Assembly: GCA_018660825.1 (NCBI GenBank)
Contig: JABJJO010000155.1
Span: 6,830 to 70,829 of the forward strand
Length of the DNA: 64,000 bases
Direction: 5' to 3'
DNA from: Planctomycetaceae bacterium
GTDB taxonomy: Bacteria > Planctomycetota > Planctomycetia > Pirellulales > Pirellulaceae
Within the stretch, counting starts at the first letter, position 1. The number at the start of each line of letters is the position of its first letter. The translations under genes and the position numbers were made by a program. Below the pieces are notes generated by a model. The model worked only from the letters and a program-made list of their open reading frames with translations, ran no database searches and was not told the origin of the DNA. Below, piece after piece: positions 40,101 to 49,040 of the stretch.

Positions 40101-42149
40101 ATGCCCCACGAGAGGATTGAACCAATCGACGACATACAATGCTCCATCCGGCCCAAACTGCAGATCCACCGGCCGAAAGTTTCGATCTGCTGAAAACAAA
40201 AGCGGTTCGATTTCAGTCGCCGCATATCCCGATTCAGCATCCTTGACAGTATGTTGTAAAATCCCTTGGAAACCAATCACGTTGTTTAGCAGGAAATTAC
40301 CTTGGGCCTGAGGTGGGAAATGCCGACTCGAAACAAATTCACAGCCGGACGTGGGACGTACTCGCTTCTTCAAAAACTGCTGCATCTGTTCGGCGTAGAC
40401 AAACTTAAAAGGCCCAAAATCCTCCTGCCCATAATACTCAGGAGCACGCGTGGAAAACGGAGCTGCAAAATAGTTGGCTCCGCCCGACGCATCCGCTACA
40501 AAGTTCTGCCCCCAACGATTGAATGCGTGGCCCCATGGATTCGCAAAGTTGTAATGTACAAAAGTCTGAAACAGCCCATTCGTGGGATCGTAACGATAGA
40601 CACCACCATGAGCGTTTCTAACGGTTCCACGAGGGGTTTCAACTTGGGTTATATGAAACGTGCCTTCGTGTAGATAAAGACCGCCACCAGGACCCCAAGT
40701 AAATGCGCCAATCGCATGATGAGAATCGCCTGAATCAAATCCGCCGAGGAGAATGTTGCGGACATCGGCTCTGCCATCCCCGGTAGTGTCTTTGAGAAAC
40801 ACGAGATTTGGTTCCTGCGCGACATAAGCACCTCCGTCGCCAAGTTCAAATCCAGTCGGTAAATGTAAGCCATCAGCAAAGACCTCCATTTTATCGGCTT
40901 TCCCATCACCATCGGTATCTTCAAAAATCAACAGCTTATCGTTTGGCTTGTTGGGTGGCAAATACTGGGGATAGCTTTGCATGGTGGCCACCCACAGCCG
41001 CCCGCGTGAATCAAATGTGAACTGAACTGGATTCTTCAATTCTGGAAAGTCGACTTCACTGGCGAATAAATTGACTTCATAACCATCGGCTACCTGAAAA
41101 TGTTTCTTGGCTTCATCGGGGGGAAGGATGTTGACTGGTGTATTGAAGTTCGTGGGAACATCATACAATTTTCTGGTTGCGTCATAATTAACCTGCGAGG
41201 GTACCTTCTCATTGTTAGCAACTTTCCAAATTCGGCCGTCTACAAATTCTGCCATCTCAACAAGCTTGGCACGTTCATTCTCGATAACATAGGCATCCGT
41301 GTAGGGAGGATTACCATGGTCCCGCCGCGAGCGACCGCCGTAAATATAATATCCATTGACCGCTCGGTACTTATGGAAATAGTTGAAGTTCTTTTCCTGT
41401 ACCTCGCGGAGGATACTGTCTGTTTGGGTAGTCCAACGCGGTTCGGAACCAAACAAAGCACTCATAAAATAGGGGGCGAATTGTTTGTGTCCGCGATCCG
41501 ATAAATGCACCCCGTTAAAGGTGTAGTACGAACTGTCTTGAGCATAAAGTTTTTGAGTTAGCTCAAATAAATCTATAAACGGTATCTGATGCGCGTCCGC
41601 CGCACGACCCATAGTTGCTGTATACAAAGCAATATTCCGATTACTTTCCGTTCCATCCGGAAAATTCCGCGTGTCTAAATTCTCGTGAGCAATGGGCGAG
41701 ATCAATACCAAGCGCGGTGTCGTAGTACCGTTGTATTTTTGTGCCAGCGTATGAGTAATAAACTGCTCCAATTCCTTGGAGAAAGTCTTCAACCCTGCTT
41801 CTCCGCGAAACGATTCACTAAATCCAAGGAACGCAAAAATGACATCTGCTTTGGCGTCAGTCAAATGTTGATCCGGTGTGCCGAAATCAAGCGAACGAGG
41901 TCGGAATCGCACTTCATCGCCCGTAAACCCTTGATTGCGTACGGATAGTTTTAGTTTTGGGAATTTTGCATGAAGCATCGCTTCCCAATAACCAAAATAT
42001 TGAAAACGCTCTGCCAAATTCCCACCAATAAACACGATGCGGTCATTATTCCGAATTTCAACCCGCGGCGTGGTAGTTTGAGCGTTGACCGTAAGTGGCG
42101 CGATAAGCAAAACAAACAACAGCGTAAAACTGGCAATAATATTTTTCAT
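37176..42149 (-). CDS. Giant PVC-type multidomain protein: SGNH-like domain + membrane-bound-dehydrogenase beta-propeller + HEAT repeats + F5/8-type-C (discoidin) domain + cupredoxin + c-type heme domain
   Basis: Signal peptide from ATG 42149. 'DGKADK...DGRADV' FG-GAP/propeller region. Discoidin-like 'FVRIQILG...NPFWEVDLGREYPIDDVVLWNR' (~38532-38900). Type-1 Cu ligands H..C-x4-H-x3-M in 'YPYVCTFPGHWRTMFG' (~37794-38027). 'CVACH' at 37584-37598. Confidence 0.85.
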   Translation of the reverse strand: MKNIIASFTLLFVLLIAPLTVNAQTTTPRVEIRNNDRIVFIGGNLAERFQYFGYWEAMLHAKFPKLKLSVRNQGFTGDEVRFRPRSLDFGTPDQHLTDAKADVIFAFLGFSESFRGEAGLKTFSKELEQFITHTLAQKYNGTTTPRLVLISPIAHENLDTRNFPDGTESNRNIALYTATMGRAADAHQIPFIDLFELTQKLYAQDSSYYTFNGVHLSDRGHKQFAPYFMSALFGSEPRWTTQTDSILREVQEKNFNYFHKYRAVNGYYIYGGRSRRDHGNPPYTDAYVIENERAKLVEMAEFVDGRIWKVANNEKVPSQVNYDATRKLYDVPTNFNTPVNILPPDEAKKHFQVADGYEVNLFASEVDFPELKNPVQFTFDSRGRLWVATMQSYPQYLPPNKPNDKLLIFEDTDGDGKADKMEVFADGLHLPTGFELGDGGAYVAQEPNLVFLKDTTGDGRADVRNILLGGFDSGDSHHAIGAFTWGPGGGLYLHEGTFHITQVETPRGTVRNAHGGVYRYDPTNGLFQTFVHYNFANPWGHAFNRWGQNFVADASGGANYFAAPFSTRAPEYYGQEDFGPFKFVYAEQMQQFLKKRVRPTSGCEFVSSRHFPPQAQGNFLLNNVIGFQGILQHTVKDAESGYAATEIEPLLFSADRNFRPVDLQFGPDGALYVVDWFNPLVGHMQHSLRDPNRDHSHGRIWRITYPSRPLVKPVDIEGGSIPQLLDLLGTYEDRIRYRVRLKLREFPTADVAAAIESWVAALDPKDEETEHLKLEALWVCQHHNQYDGIGLKLLRQLLASDDYRARAAAVRVVSFWRHDVPNVFQLLRTAVQDDHPRVRLEAVRACSYFYEGEAAEVALLALNGEQDYYIEYALRHTIRRLEPSWRELVGSGLPFAEENPQAIQYIIDRVATPDLINMARNELVFKQLLTRPGVVHQYRHEALMGLAELNGTDMVSELVDVVVRLDEAADEESEQVLTDYVHMFRMTEPAMLKMKRVELAKLHRSGKRSVTRQLATAAVIAADGSAENLWIQSLNNPSRFRTVLDTIPMIANDQVRETLYQRVASTISQLPEALSEQIADAKGLSARFVRIQILGKQRVLTLAEVQVMSAGENVALKKVAKQSTTDFDGVAARAVDGNTDGAYANGSQTHTSMQNNPFWEVDLGREYPIDDVVLWNRTENGGTYVSRMDGVAVTVMNGNRKKVFVSAAHKGPNPSVKISVGGANPRVQIKRSAVNALSYIGGHDVDVFQRLAPLVSDSVYRASAVTAIGRLNGSLLPKDQVGILLTELIRYIESVPATSRTQTEVMDAIQLGKDLSGQLGREAAVNIRRRLADLAVDVIVIRPIPHRMIYDRPHIYIQAGKPVEIVFENVDIMPHNLIITTPGAREEVGILAERLGSTPQGFAKQFIPDTDKVLFATGMLQAGEQQRLQITAPTELGEYPYVCTFPGHWRTMFGTVHVVADISDIPLQATAPVNPHGDMPQRKFVRKWSTQDILNAINLLESGRDFESGRQLFTQVSCVACHAIKGTGGKLAPDLIDLQKKLADQKTDVAKIVDALVVPSKEIEAKYRIQIVVMLDGKLHSGVVVFEDEKILRLSANPLEKNVKVVEIAKQDIDEREESKVSIMPEGLFNTMTRNEIFDLLAYIISGANPEHPAFRK

Positions 42150-42391
42150 GGGTCTTTTCTTAACGTGAACAATAGAGAAACGATCGTGGTGTGAAAGCAT
42201 GACTATAGGCAACTCAAATAAAAACTAGAATGCATGATTTGCTAGTCTTGTGCCTGTTGTCCAAGATATCAGTTTCTACCCCATCCGTCATTACGTGGAC
42301 GTTCAAAAACAATTACCCATTCCTACCACCTGACCAGATTGTGGGTTAAAATCGCTGGGCAACGTTACTGGTTCTTTTACAGAGGGTGTTC

Positions 42392-43399
42392 ATGCTACGG
42401 CCACTTAGTTACATGGTATTGATAGCGCTAACGGGATATTCCCCATTGTGGGTCACGAACGTCGCGAACCGTATCACTAATTCGGCGGAACCTGCGGCAG
42501 TGACGGTTACAGAAAAACCTAAACCGAATCAAAAAAAAGACACTTGGGGTCAGCCAATCAAGGATTCGGCTGAGTTTTATGCTGCAGATGATGTTACGAA
42601 TTTCCAGATCGATCTCACCAAAAAGTGGTATCAAATCGCGGCAAAAGCTTGGGGAAACTATGGACCCGTGGAGTTCTGGATTGTCGGCAGTAGTGAAAAA
42701 TCCGCCGCGATGTTGGATCAGAAATATTGCAAAATAAGAACGCAAAAAGATCCGACGGTAAATCTCGAGAACTGCCGGAACAGAGGGCATAACTTTATTT
42801 CTTATGCTAAAGACGGTAATGCGGGCTTAAACACTCGGCGAAACGAAGATGACAAATGGTCGGGGTTTATCATCACCATGTCAGGAAAATACCCGGGCCC
42901 TAGCGAAGAAGATTACATGCCGGTGACTTTACATGAGTACTTTCATGTTTATCAACATGCCCATATTGATAGTAAGAAACACTCAGAAAGGGAAAGTAGA
43001 AACCTAAAAAATCCATGGTGGTCAGAAGGGGGAGCCGAGTACATGGCTCAACTCCTCTATTCCAGACAAAAGGGCGTCCGACCGGATTATTTGCAGCAAA
43101 AAATGCAACGCAAACTAAAATCACTAAACGATCTTCGCGATGGAGAAAGCATCCGAGACATCCCCTATGGAAAAAGAGGAATCATTGCCTACGACTTAGG
43201 CGCATGGTTCATCGCCTTCTTGATCCACAAGACGAGCGAAGAGGCTTATCAAGTTAGGTTTTTTGACGACCTCAATCGCAAGGGATTTGAAGGATCGTTT
43301 GTTAAAAACTTCGGGGGCGCATCGGATAAGTTCCTTGAAGAGTTCCACGACACCTTTCTCAAGTCGAGCCTTGCCGACAAATTGAGCATTCTGCCGTAA
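42392..43399 (+). CDS. Putative secreted zinc metallopeptidase (peptidase-MA-like, HExxH...E)
   Basis: 'VTLHEYFHVYQHAH' followed by 'WWSEGGAEYMAQ' (Peptidase_MA_2-like arrangement). The N-terminus is hydrophobic. The ATG at 42392 follows AGAGGG. Confidence 0.5.
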   Translation: MLRPLSYMVLIALTGYSPLWVTNVANRITNSAEPAAVTVTEKPKPNQKKDTWGQPIKDSAEFYAADDVTNFQIDLTKKWYQIAAKAWGNYGPVEFWIVGSSEKSAAMLDQKYCKIRTQKDPTVNLENCRNRGHNFISYAKDGNAGLNTRRNEDDKWSGFIITMSGKYPGPSEEDYMPVTLHEYFHVYQHAHIDSKKHSERESRNLKNPWWSEGGAEYMAQLLYSRQKGVRPDYLQQKMQRKLKSLNDLRDGESIRDIPYGKRGIIAYDLGAWFIAFLIHKTSEEAYQVRFFDDLNRKGFEGSFVKNFGGASDKFLEEFHDTFLKSSLADKLSILP

Positions 43400-43584
43400 A
43401 CATCGAAAATTCCTATTGGGGAGCAAGTTGATGACGTGGGTTCTCTGAAACACGCATGGGGGAACCCAAGCTCTGGCTATCACCAGTTAACGACTTTGTG
43501 TTCGTTCCCGATTTGCTGATCGAACCACAAAAAGACTACAATCGAATCACAGCAAATCATTGGATTTTTATATAGAGGCGGTCT

Positions 43585-44823
43585 ATGTTTTTTCGATCAC
43601 TCGTAATCGCAGTTTGTGTTTATGCCATTTGTTTCCCCCTGCAGGCGGAAAACTGGCCTCAATTCCGTGGTCTCCGAGCAGATGGAATACATGCCACTGC
43701 AAAATTGCCAACGACGTGGAACGAAGAGTCTCATGTGGCCTGGAAAGTCAAAACGCCCGGCCACGGACATTCATCACCCGTAATTTGGCGAGACCAAATT
43801 TGGATGGCGACGGCATTGGATGACGGCCATGCACTGCACGCTTTATGCTACAGTCGAACGGGAAAACTAATTCATAATATTAAAATATTCGACGTGCCGC
43901 AGCTTGAACCCGTCAACACACTCAATACGTTTGCCTCACCAACTCCTGCGATTGAGGACGGTACGGTATACCTGTATTTTGGCACCTACGGAGTCGCGGC
44001 TGTCGACACTGCAACGGGCCATATAAAATGGAGTCGTCAGGATATAAAACTCAACCATCAAGAAGGGCCCGGATCGTCTCCAATCCTCTACCAGGACCTA
44101 CTGATTTTCCATTGCGATGGATATGATGTGCAGCATATTACTGCCTTAAACAAGCAAACTGGCAAACGGGCATGGAAAACAACTCGTTCTCTGGATCTTT
44201 CCGTGGTACCGAACCATGCCCGCAAAGCGTTTGTGACGCCGGTCATTCGCAACGTCAACGGTCGGGATCTTCTCGTAAGCCCCGCTGCTCAGGGATGCTA
44301 TGCGTATGATCCGCAGACCGGCGACGAAGTCTGGAGAATCGCCTATCCAGGATTTTCCGCTGTTCCTCAACCGGCATTTGAAGGTGACACTGCTTTTGTG
44401 GTTACCGATTTCGGCAAACCAGAGATTTGGGCGATTGATATCAGTGGTAAGGGAGTTCTTGGTCAGGAAAACGTCAAATGGAAATATACCGTGACCTGCC
44501 CGTCCACACCGTCACTTCTTATTCATAACGGCCTGCTATTCTTCATTACCGACAAGACTGGCATAGCTTCCTGTATAAGTACAGCAGATGGCAAACTCGT
44601 CTGGCGGGAACGTGTCGGCGGGTCCTTTAGCGCATCCCCAGTTGCCACGAAAAACCATCTTTATTTTTTCGACCGAATGGGTGTCTCAACGGTGATCAAC
44701 CTCGGTGACCAATATCAGGTCGTCAGTCGCAATAAATTGGAATCGGGATGTATGGCGACACCGGCAATTGCAGATGATGTGATGTACCTGCGGACGACGA
44801 GTCATCTTTACGGCATCAAATAA
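43585..44823 (+). CDS. PQQ-like (BamB-type) beta-propeller repeat protein, secreted
   Basis: Signal peptide, then 'ENWPQFRGLRADGI' and repeated '...G...W' blades such as 'TGHIKWSR', 'TGDEVWRI' and 'DGKLVWRE'. Confidence 0.8.
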   Translation: MFFRSLVIAVCVYAICFPLQAENWPQFRGLRADGIHATAKLPTTWNEESHVAWKVKTPGHGHSSPVIWRDQIWMATALDDGHALHALCYSRTGKLIHNIKIFDVPQLEPVNTLNTFASPTPAIEDGTVYLYFGTYGVAAVDTATGHIKWSRQDIKLNHQEGPGSSPILYQDLLIFHCDGYDVQHITALNKQTGKRAWKTTRSLDLSVVPNHARKAFVTPVIRNVNGRDLLVSPAAQGCYAYDPQTGDEVWRIAYPGFSAVPQPAFEGDTAFVVTDFGKPEIWAIDISGKGVLGQENVKWKYTVTCPSTPSLLIHNGLLFFITDKTGIASCISTADGKLVWRERVGGSFSASPVATKNHLYFFDRMGVSTVINLGDQYQVVSRNKLESGCMATPAIADDVMYLRTTSHLYGIK

Positions 44824-44905
44824 CATTTACAAGTGCTACCACAGACAGGATATGCTATTATCCAATACATCTATTCAATAACCCAAGCAAAACGGGAGAA
44901 CACAC

Positions 44906-45880
44906 GTGCTTGTTAATCGCCTGCAACTATTAATCGCCCTAACCGTACTGCCTTTCATCCTGCTATGCTGCTGCGGACTATCGCTTGCTGACGAAAATGA
45001 CGCGCGACTCGAAAAAAGGATCGCTGAACTAGAGGCTGAAAATGTCGCGCTGCGCAAGGTCATTGCCAACATTCAGAGCGCCGTCCAATCCGTCCCAGAT
45101 TCCACCCCATCCGATTCGACAAAAGCAAACCATTTAAGAATCGTTATTTTGCCCGGTGAATGGGGTGCATCGGAACTGGTCGACATTCGGAAAGTTTGTG
45201 AGTCAGCCGCAGCAACCCTCATGAATCATTTGCCGACCGAGGGTTTTGCTCCCATCATGGTTCAACACGATAACTCAGGCCCGATAACGCTCTATAAGCG
45301 GGGCCAAGGCAATGAATACATTGTGCAATTAGACACCAGCGATCGAGCGTGGGCTCAACTCGCTTTCCAATTCGCCCATGAGTTTTGCCACGTCATCTGC
45401 AACTACCGTGACGCCAAGAATCAACAGTTGTGGTTTGAGGAAACGCTATGCGAGTGCGCCTCACTATACGCGTTAAAACAAATGGCCGCCCAATGGAAAA
45501 CAAACGCTCCGTACGCTAATTGGAAAAGCTATTCCACTTCGCTACGAGATTATGCTGATGAGCGAATATCCGCGCATACTGCTGGGCGCAAAGATTCAAT
45601 TGCGCAGTTTTATCGCGACAACCAAACAGAATTGTACAAATCCGGGACGAATCGTGCGTTGAATACGTACCTAGCAATTAAACTCCTGCCCCTGTTCGAA
45701 GCCACCCCCACGGCATGGCAGGCTCTGCGTTATATAAATCTCGGATCCGCTGAAGAAAATGTTTCGTTCCAGGCCTATCTCAACGGCTGGCTCGATAGGG
45801 CCCCCAAAAAACACCACGCATTCATACGACAGATTGCTAATGAGTTCGATCTAAAACTGATGGGCCGCAATGCCCGTTGA
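44906..45880 (+). CDS. Hypothetical secreted/lipid-anchored protein with a coiled-coil and an HExxH motif
   Basis: GTG start preceded by GGGAGAA. Hydrophobic leader ending 'LLCCCG'. Heptad segment 'RLEKRIAELEAENVALRKVIANIQ'. 'FQFAHEFCHVICNY...LWFEETLCECAS'. Confidence 0.45.
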   Translation: MLVNRLQLLIALTVLPFILLCCCGLSLADENDARLEKRIAELEAENVALRKVIANIQSAVQSVPDSTPSDSTKANHLRIVILPGEWGASELVDIRKVCESAAATLMNHLPTEGFAPIMVQHDNSGPITLYKRGQGNEYIVQLDTSDRAWAQLAFQFAHEFCHVICNYRDAKNQQLWFEETLCECASLYALKQMAAQWKTNAPYANWKSYSTSLRDYADERISAHTAGRKDSIAQFYRDNQTELYKSGTNRALNTYLAIKLLPLFEATPTAWQALRYINLGSAEENVSFQAYLNGWLDRAPKKHHAFIRQIANEFDLKLMGRNAR

Positions 45881-45965
45881 TCTAATTCAAAGTGTTCGAC
45901 AGGCAAGTCGTCGATTACGTTACAATGGTTGAATCGAACTTCAACTAGGTATTGATAAACAGCAT

Positions 45966-46538
45966 ATGTCGGAAACGTTTATACAATTGATCGATAGGCT
46001 GCAAAAGGGTGATTCCTCAGCCGCGAATAGGTTACTAGAAGACTATGGGCCAGCAATTCGTCGAATTGCCCGAGTACGTCTCAATGAATCCATGCTGCGC
46101 CGCGTTGAGGAAAGCATGGATGTTTATCAGAGTGTCATGGCAAATTTTCTCATGCGCGCATCCTCTGGTCAATTTGACTTGGAAACTCCAGGTCAGCTGA
46201 TCGCGTTGGTTTCGACGATGATTCGCAATCGCGTCGTGGACAAAGTACGTTTCTACCGGACTCAAAAACGGGACATCCAACGCAATATAAATCTAGCTGA
46301 TGCAAAGCCTCCGGCTGGGCGGAGCGAGACGGCTAGCGTAATGATCAGTCGCGACGAACTCGTAAGCCGTTTTCAGGCGTTGCTCAGCGAGGAAGATAGA
46401 CTGATTCTTCACCAACGCGCGCAAGGTCGTACCTGGCAGGAGTTGGCTGATCAGCTCAACGCCACACCAGATCAACTTCGGAAACGTCTAGCACGTGCAA
46501 CCATGGCGATTTCGCGCGAAGTCGAGCTTGCGGATTAA
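45966..46538 (+). CDS. ECF-type RNA polymerase sigma-70 family factor (kinase-associated type)
   Basis: A region-2-like N-terminal half and a region-4 HTH 'RTWQELADQLNATPDQLRKRLARA'. It lies 10 nt upstream of a Ser/Thr kinase gene. Confidence 0.85.
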   Translation: MSETFIQLIDRLQKGDSSAANRLLEDYGPAIRRIARVRLNESMLRRVEESMDVYQSVMANFLMRASSGQFDLETPGQLIALVSTMIRNRVVDKVRFYRTQKRDIQRNINLADAKPPAGRSETASVMISRDELVSRFQALLSEEDRLILHQRAQGRTWQELADQLNATPDQLRKRLARATMAISREVELAD

Positions 46539-46548
46539 GGTGTGAACA

Positions 46549-48153
46549 ATGCAGGCAAATCTGAATGAAATAATCCCCTTGCTTTGTGTGGACCAGGCAA
46601 CACGCTGGGAATCCGGCGACTACACCCTAGTTGAGGACTATTACGACCAGTATCCGGATTTAATTCAGGATCAAGAGTTATTACTTGACCTGATTTACAA
46701 TGAAATCTATTTGCGAGACGAATATAAGCAGTCCAGCGATCGCACAACTTTTAAAACGCGCTTTCCTGAACTTTACGGACAAATTGAATTCATGCTTGAG
46801 GTTCATGAGGTCATTGATGCCGGCAGTCTTGAAGTCGCAAGGGAAGTACAAAAATGGGAATCTAAAAATCAAACTGACAATGACTCCCGGCAACCCGATC
46901 CTGTGCGGGATGTCATGCAGTGGCTCGCAAAAACAGAACCCCTGTCACAATTGCCACTGGATATAATTGCGACAATTGCCGCCGAAAGTGTCATTCGCGT
47001 GTTCGAAGCAGGTGATTTCATCGCGCGCCAGGGGGACGACGCGAACTCGTTGTGGATTATTCAATCCGGAGTTGTAGAAATCGTGTTGCACACCGATGAC
47101 GATACCGCTCAGTTAATTAGCAGGTGTGGACCGAATAGTATTATTGGGGAAATCGGTATATTTACACGAGAACCTCGTAGTGCTGACATGATTGCCGATA
47201 AAGAGGTTGTCGCCATTGAATTGCCGCAGGAACTATATCGACAGATTTCCATGGATTTTCCAGCGATCAGCGCTTTGATTGCGGATCAAGTCGCGGAGCG
47301 CTTAGGCAGCCAAGAAATCGATGTGCTTACAGGTAAAGTGCTGGGAGGTTATCGTATCGAACGAAGATTAGGCAGAGGCAGTATGGGCGTAGTCTATGCC
47401 GCTATCGATGTAGAAACTGGGGATCGCGTGGCACTGAAAATGATGAAACATGACATCGTCTTTGACCAAGAGGCGACTTTGCGATTCAAACAGGAAGCGG
47501 AAATTCTGATCACATTGGACCATCCTCGGCTCCTAAAAATGCATAAAACTTTTTCCACTCTGTCCACAGTTTTCCTAGTCGGAGAATATTGTGAGGGCGT
47601 TACACTGCGCCAAATCATCCAACAACAAGGCGCTATGGAAACACAGCAAGCGTGCAGTATTATGGGCCAATTGATCGATGTATTACACTATGCCCATCTG
47701 CAGGGAATCGTCCATCGGGATGTAAAACCTGCGAATATTATGGTGAATTCAAATGGTGAAATTAAACTAATGGATTTTGGCTTAGCTCGGCGACAGATGA
47801 ATTCGGAACTAACTCAAACGGGACAATTACTCGGTAGTCCTCGCTATATGTCGCTAGAACAACTGACCGGCGGCAAAATATCCAACAAGAGCGATTTTTT
47901 CGCGGTTGGATGTATCTTTGTTGAACTGCTCAGCGGCAAACCACTATTCAGCGGAATTGATTTTACTTCGATGCTTGTCAAACGCTTGCTATGGTCTCTA
48001 CCGGAATCCGACGAAATTCGTGCGAATCTTGATCCAGCGATTTATGAAGTCCTGCAGGGATGTTTACAACCGCGAGCCGCGGACCGACTGCAGGGAAATT
48101 TCACAACAGATGATCTTGTCAGAAGAGCCCGAGAATGGGCAACTCTACGGTGA
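46549..48153 (+). CDS. Ser/Thr protein kinase with an N-terminal ECF-associated domain and a central cyclic-nucleotide-binding domain
   Basis: cNMP cassette 'FEAGDFIARQGDDANSLWIIQSGVVEIV...IGEIGIFTREPRSADMIA'. Kinase motifs 'LGRGSMGVVY', 'VALKMM', 'HRDVKPANIM', 'DFGLAR' and 'SPRYMSLE'. No TM segment. Confidence 0.9.
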   Translation: MQANLNEIIPLLCVDQATRWESGDYTLVEDYYDQYPDLIQDQELLLDLIYNEIYLRDEYKQSSDRTTFKTRFPELYGQIEFMLEVHEVIDAGSLEVAREVQKWESKNQTDNDSRQPDPVRDVMQWLAKTEPLSQLPLDIIATIAAESVIRVFEAGDFIARQGDDANSLWIIQSGVVEIVLHTDDDTAQLISRCGPNSIIGEIGIFTREPRSADMIADKEVVAIELPQELYRQISMDFPAISALIADQVAERLGSQEIDVLTGKVLGGYRIERRLGRGSMGVVYAAIDVETGDRVALKMMKHDIVFDQEATLRFKQEAEILITLDHPRLLKMHKTFSTLSTVFLVGEYCEGVTLRQIIQQQGAMETQQACSIMGQLIDVLHYAHLQGIVHRDVKPANIMVNSNGEIKLMDFGLARRQMNSELTQTGQLLGSPRYMSLEQLTGGKISNKSDFFAVGCIFVELLSGKPLFSGIDFTSMLVKRLLWSLPESDEIRANLDPAIYEVLQGCLQPRAADRLQGNFTTDDLVRRAREWATLR

Positions 48154-48179
48154 CGATCGTTTTCCTGTAGCACCGGCAG

Positions 48180-48214
48180 GGAAGACCACACCATTTGGCT
48201 GGTTCCTTTTTTTT
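48180..48214 (+). terminator. Candidate rho-independent terminator after the sigma/kinase operon
   Basis: Imperfect stem GGAA(GA)CCA / TGGTTCC with an 11-nt loop, followed by eight T (48207-48214). Confidence 0.45.
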
Positions 48215-48312
48215 AGGTGCACGCATTCACAAATCTGTGAAGAGCCCTAGCTGGGAAAGCTCCCTTGCTGGCAGCAATCGGCCATCAGGCAAGAGGAGCC
48301 GCTAGAATATCA

Positions 48313-48660
48313 CTAAAATCCAAACCAGAATGAGCGTGGATTAGAGAATGTTCTGTAATTACTGGAATGGTTGTTATACGATCGGAATCTCTGTCGACTC
48401 TGAGAATAACTCCGTTGACTGCCACGATAATTACTGTAATAAGAACTGCTGCTGCCTGGCCAACAGGAATAAACGGACGACCGCCGCATCTGTTGTTGCG
48501 ACGAAAAATGACTTCGTGATTGGAAATGGTCGTGTTGCCAAAAGCTGGAACTGCGACCCGAATTTCCAAAATTCAACATAAATCCAAAATCTGCTGCTTC
48601 CGCTTGATCCTCAGTAACTGTGAATAGCGAAATTGCAACGACAAAGAGAAAAATTCTCAT
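48313..48660 (-). CDS. Small secreted S/R/N/Y-rich low-complexity protein (paralog A)
   Basis: ATG 48660 with a GGAGA 9-13 nt upstream. Signal peptide 'MRIFLFVVAISLF...AEA', then 'ADFGFMLNFGNSGRS'. The rest is Ser/Arg/Tyr/Asn/Gln-rich and ends 'FWFGF'. Confidence 0.5.
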   Translation of the reverse strand: MRIFLFVVAISLFTVTEDQAEAADFGFMLNFGNSGRSSSFWQHDHFQSRSHFSSQQQMRRSSVYSCWPGSSSSYYSNYRGSQRSYSQSRQRFRSYNNHSSNYRTFSNPRSFWFGF

Positions 48661-48680
48661 CGTTAGGTTCTCCAATACCG

Positions 48681-48730
48681 TAAGGGGTAAGTTAACTAGC
48701 AAATAACAGGCGTTATTCATTAACCCCTTA
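48681..48730 (-). promoter_or_regulatory. Two-tier inverted repeat in the leader of small-protein gene A
   Basis: TAAGGGGT (48681-48688) pairs with ACCCCTTA (48723-48730). A nested hairpin AATAAC-aggc-GTTATT sits at 48702-48717. The structure ends 8 nt upstream of the SD. Confidence 0.3.
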
Positions 48731-48811
48731 ATTACGCAAACGGCGTGCCAAAGGATAAACAACACGTATTTTCGCCCGTTTACGCGTTTACCGATACTAT
48801 CAATTTATTGT

Positions 48812-48834
48812 TTGACATCATTTTGATATGTCAA
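48812..48834. promoter_or_regulatory. Perfect palindrome TTGACAT-N9-ATGTCAA in the divergent intergenic region (operator candidate)
   Basis: Read directly from the sequence. It lies roughly midway between the two divergent small-protein genes. Confidence 0.25.
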
Positions 48835-49040
48835 TGACGCATTATTGATACCCACGTTTCTGACGACCCCTTTTTGGATCCGCATCAAAATATAATGGAA
48901 ACGTTGTCCGATCATGCCCCGAATATCGTTTGTATTTATGTAAGGGGCAAACGAAGTTTTTAAACGCCCTTCGTGATAAACAACGTTTGCTTTCGGTATG
49001 CAACAAACAGCTCTATCTAGAGAATAAGGAGAATGTACCT

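Noticed and set aside
45881-45965. ECF-type autoregulatory promoter (GGAAC-N16/17-CGT-like) upstream of the sigma gene
   Set aside because: I could not find a convincing -35/-10 pair with proper spacing by eye, so no promoter is claimed.
48285-48569. 94-aa minus-strand ORF overlapping small-protein gene A in another frame
   Set aside because: It has no SD or signal peptide. The overlapping frame (48313-48660) has both, and also shares an N-terminal motif with paralog B.
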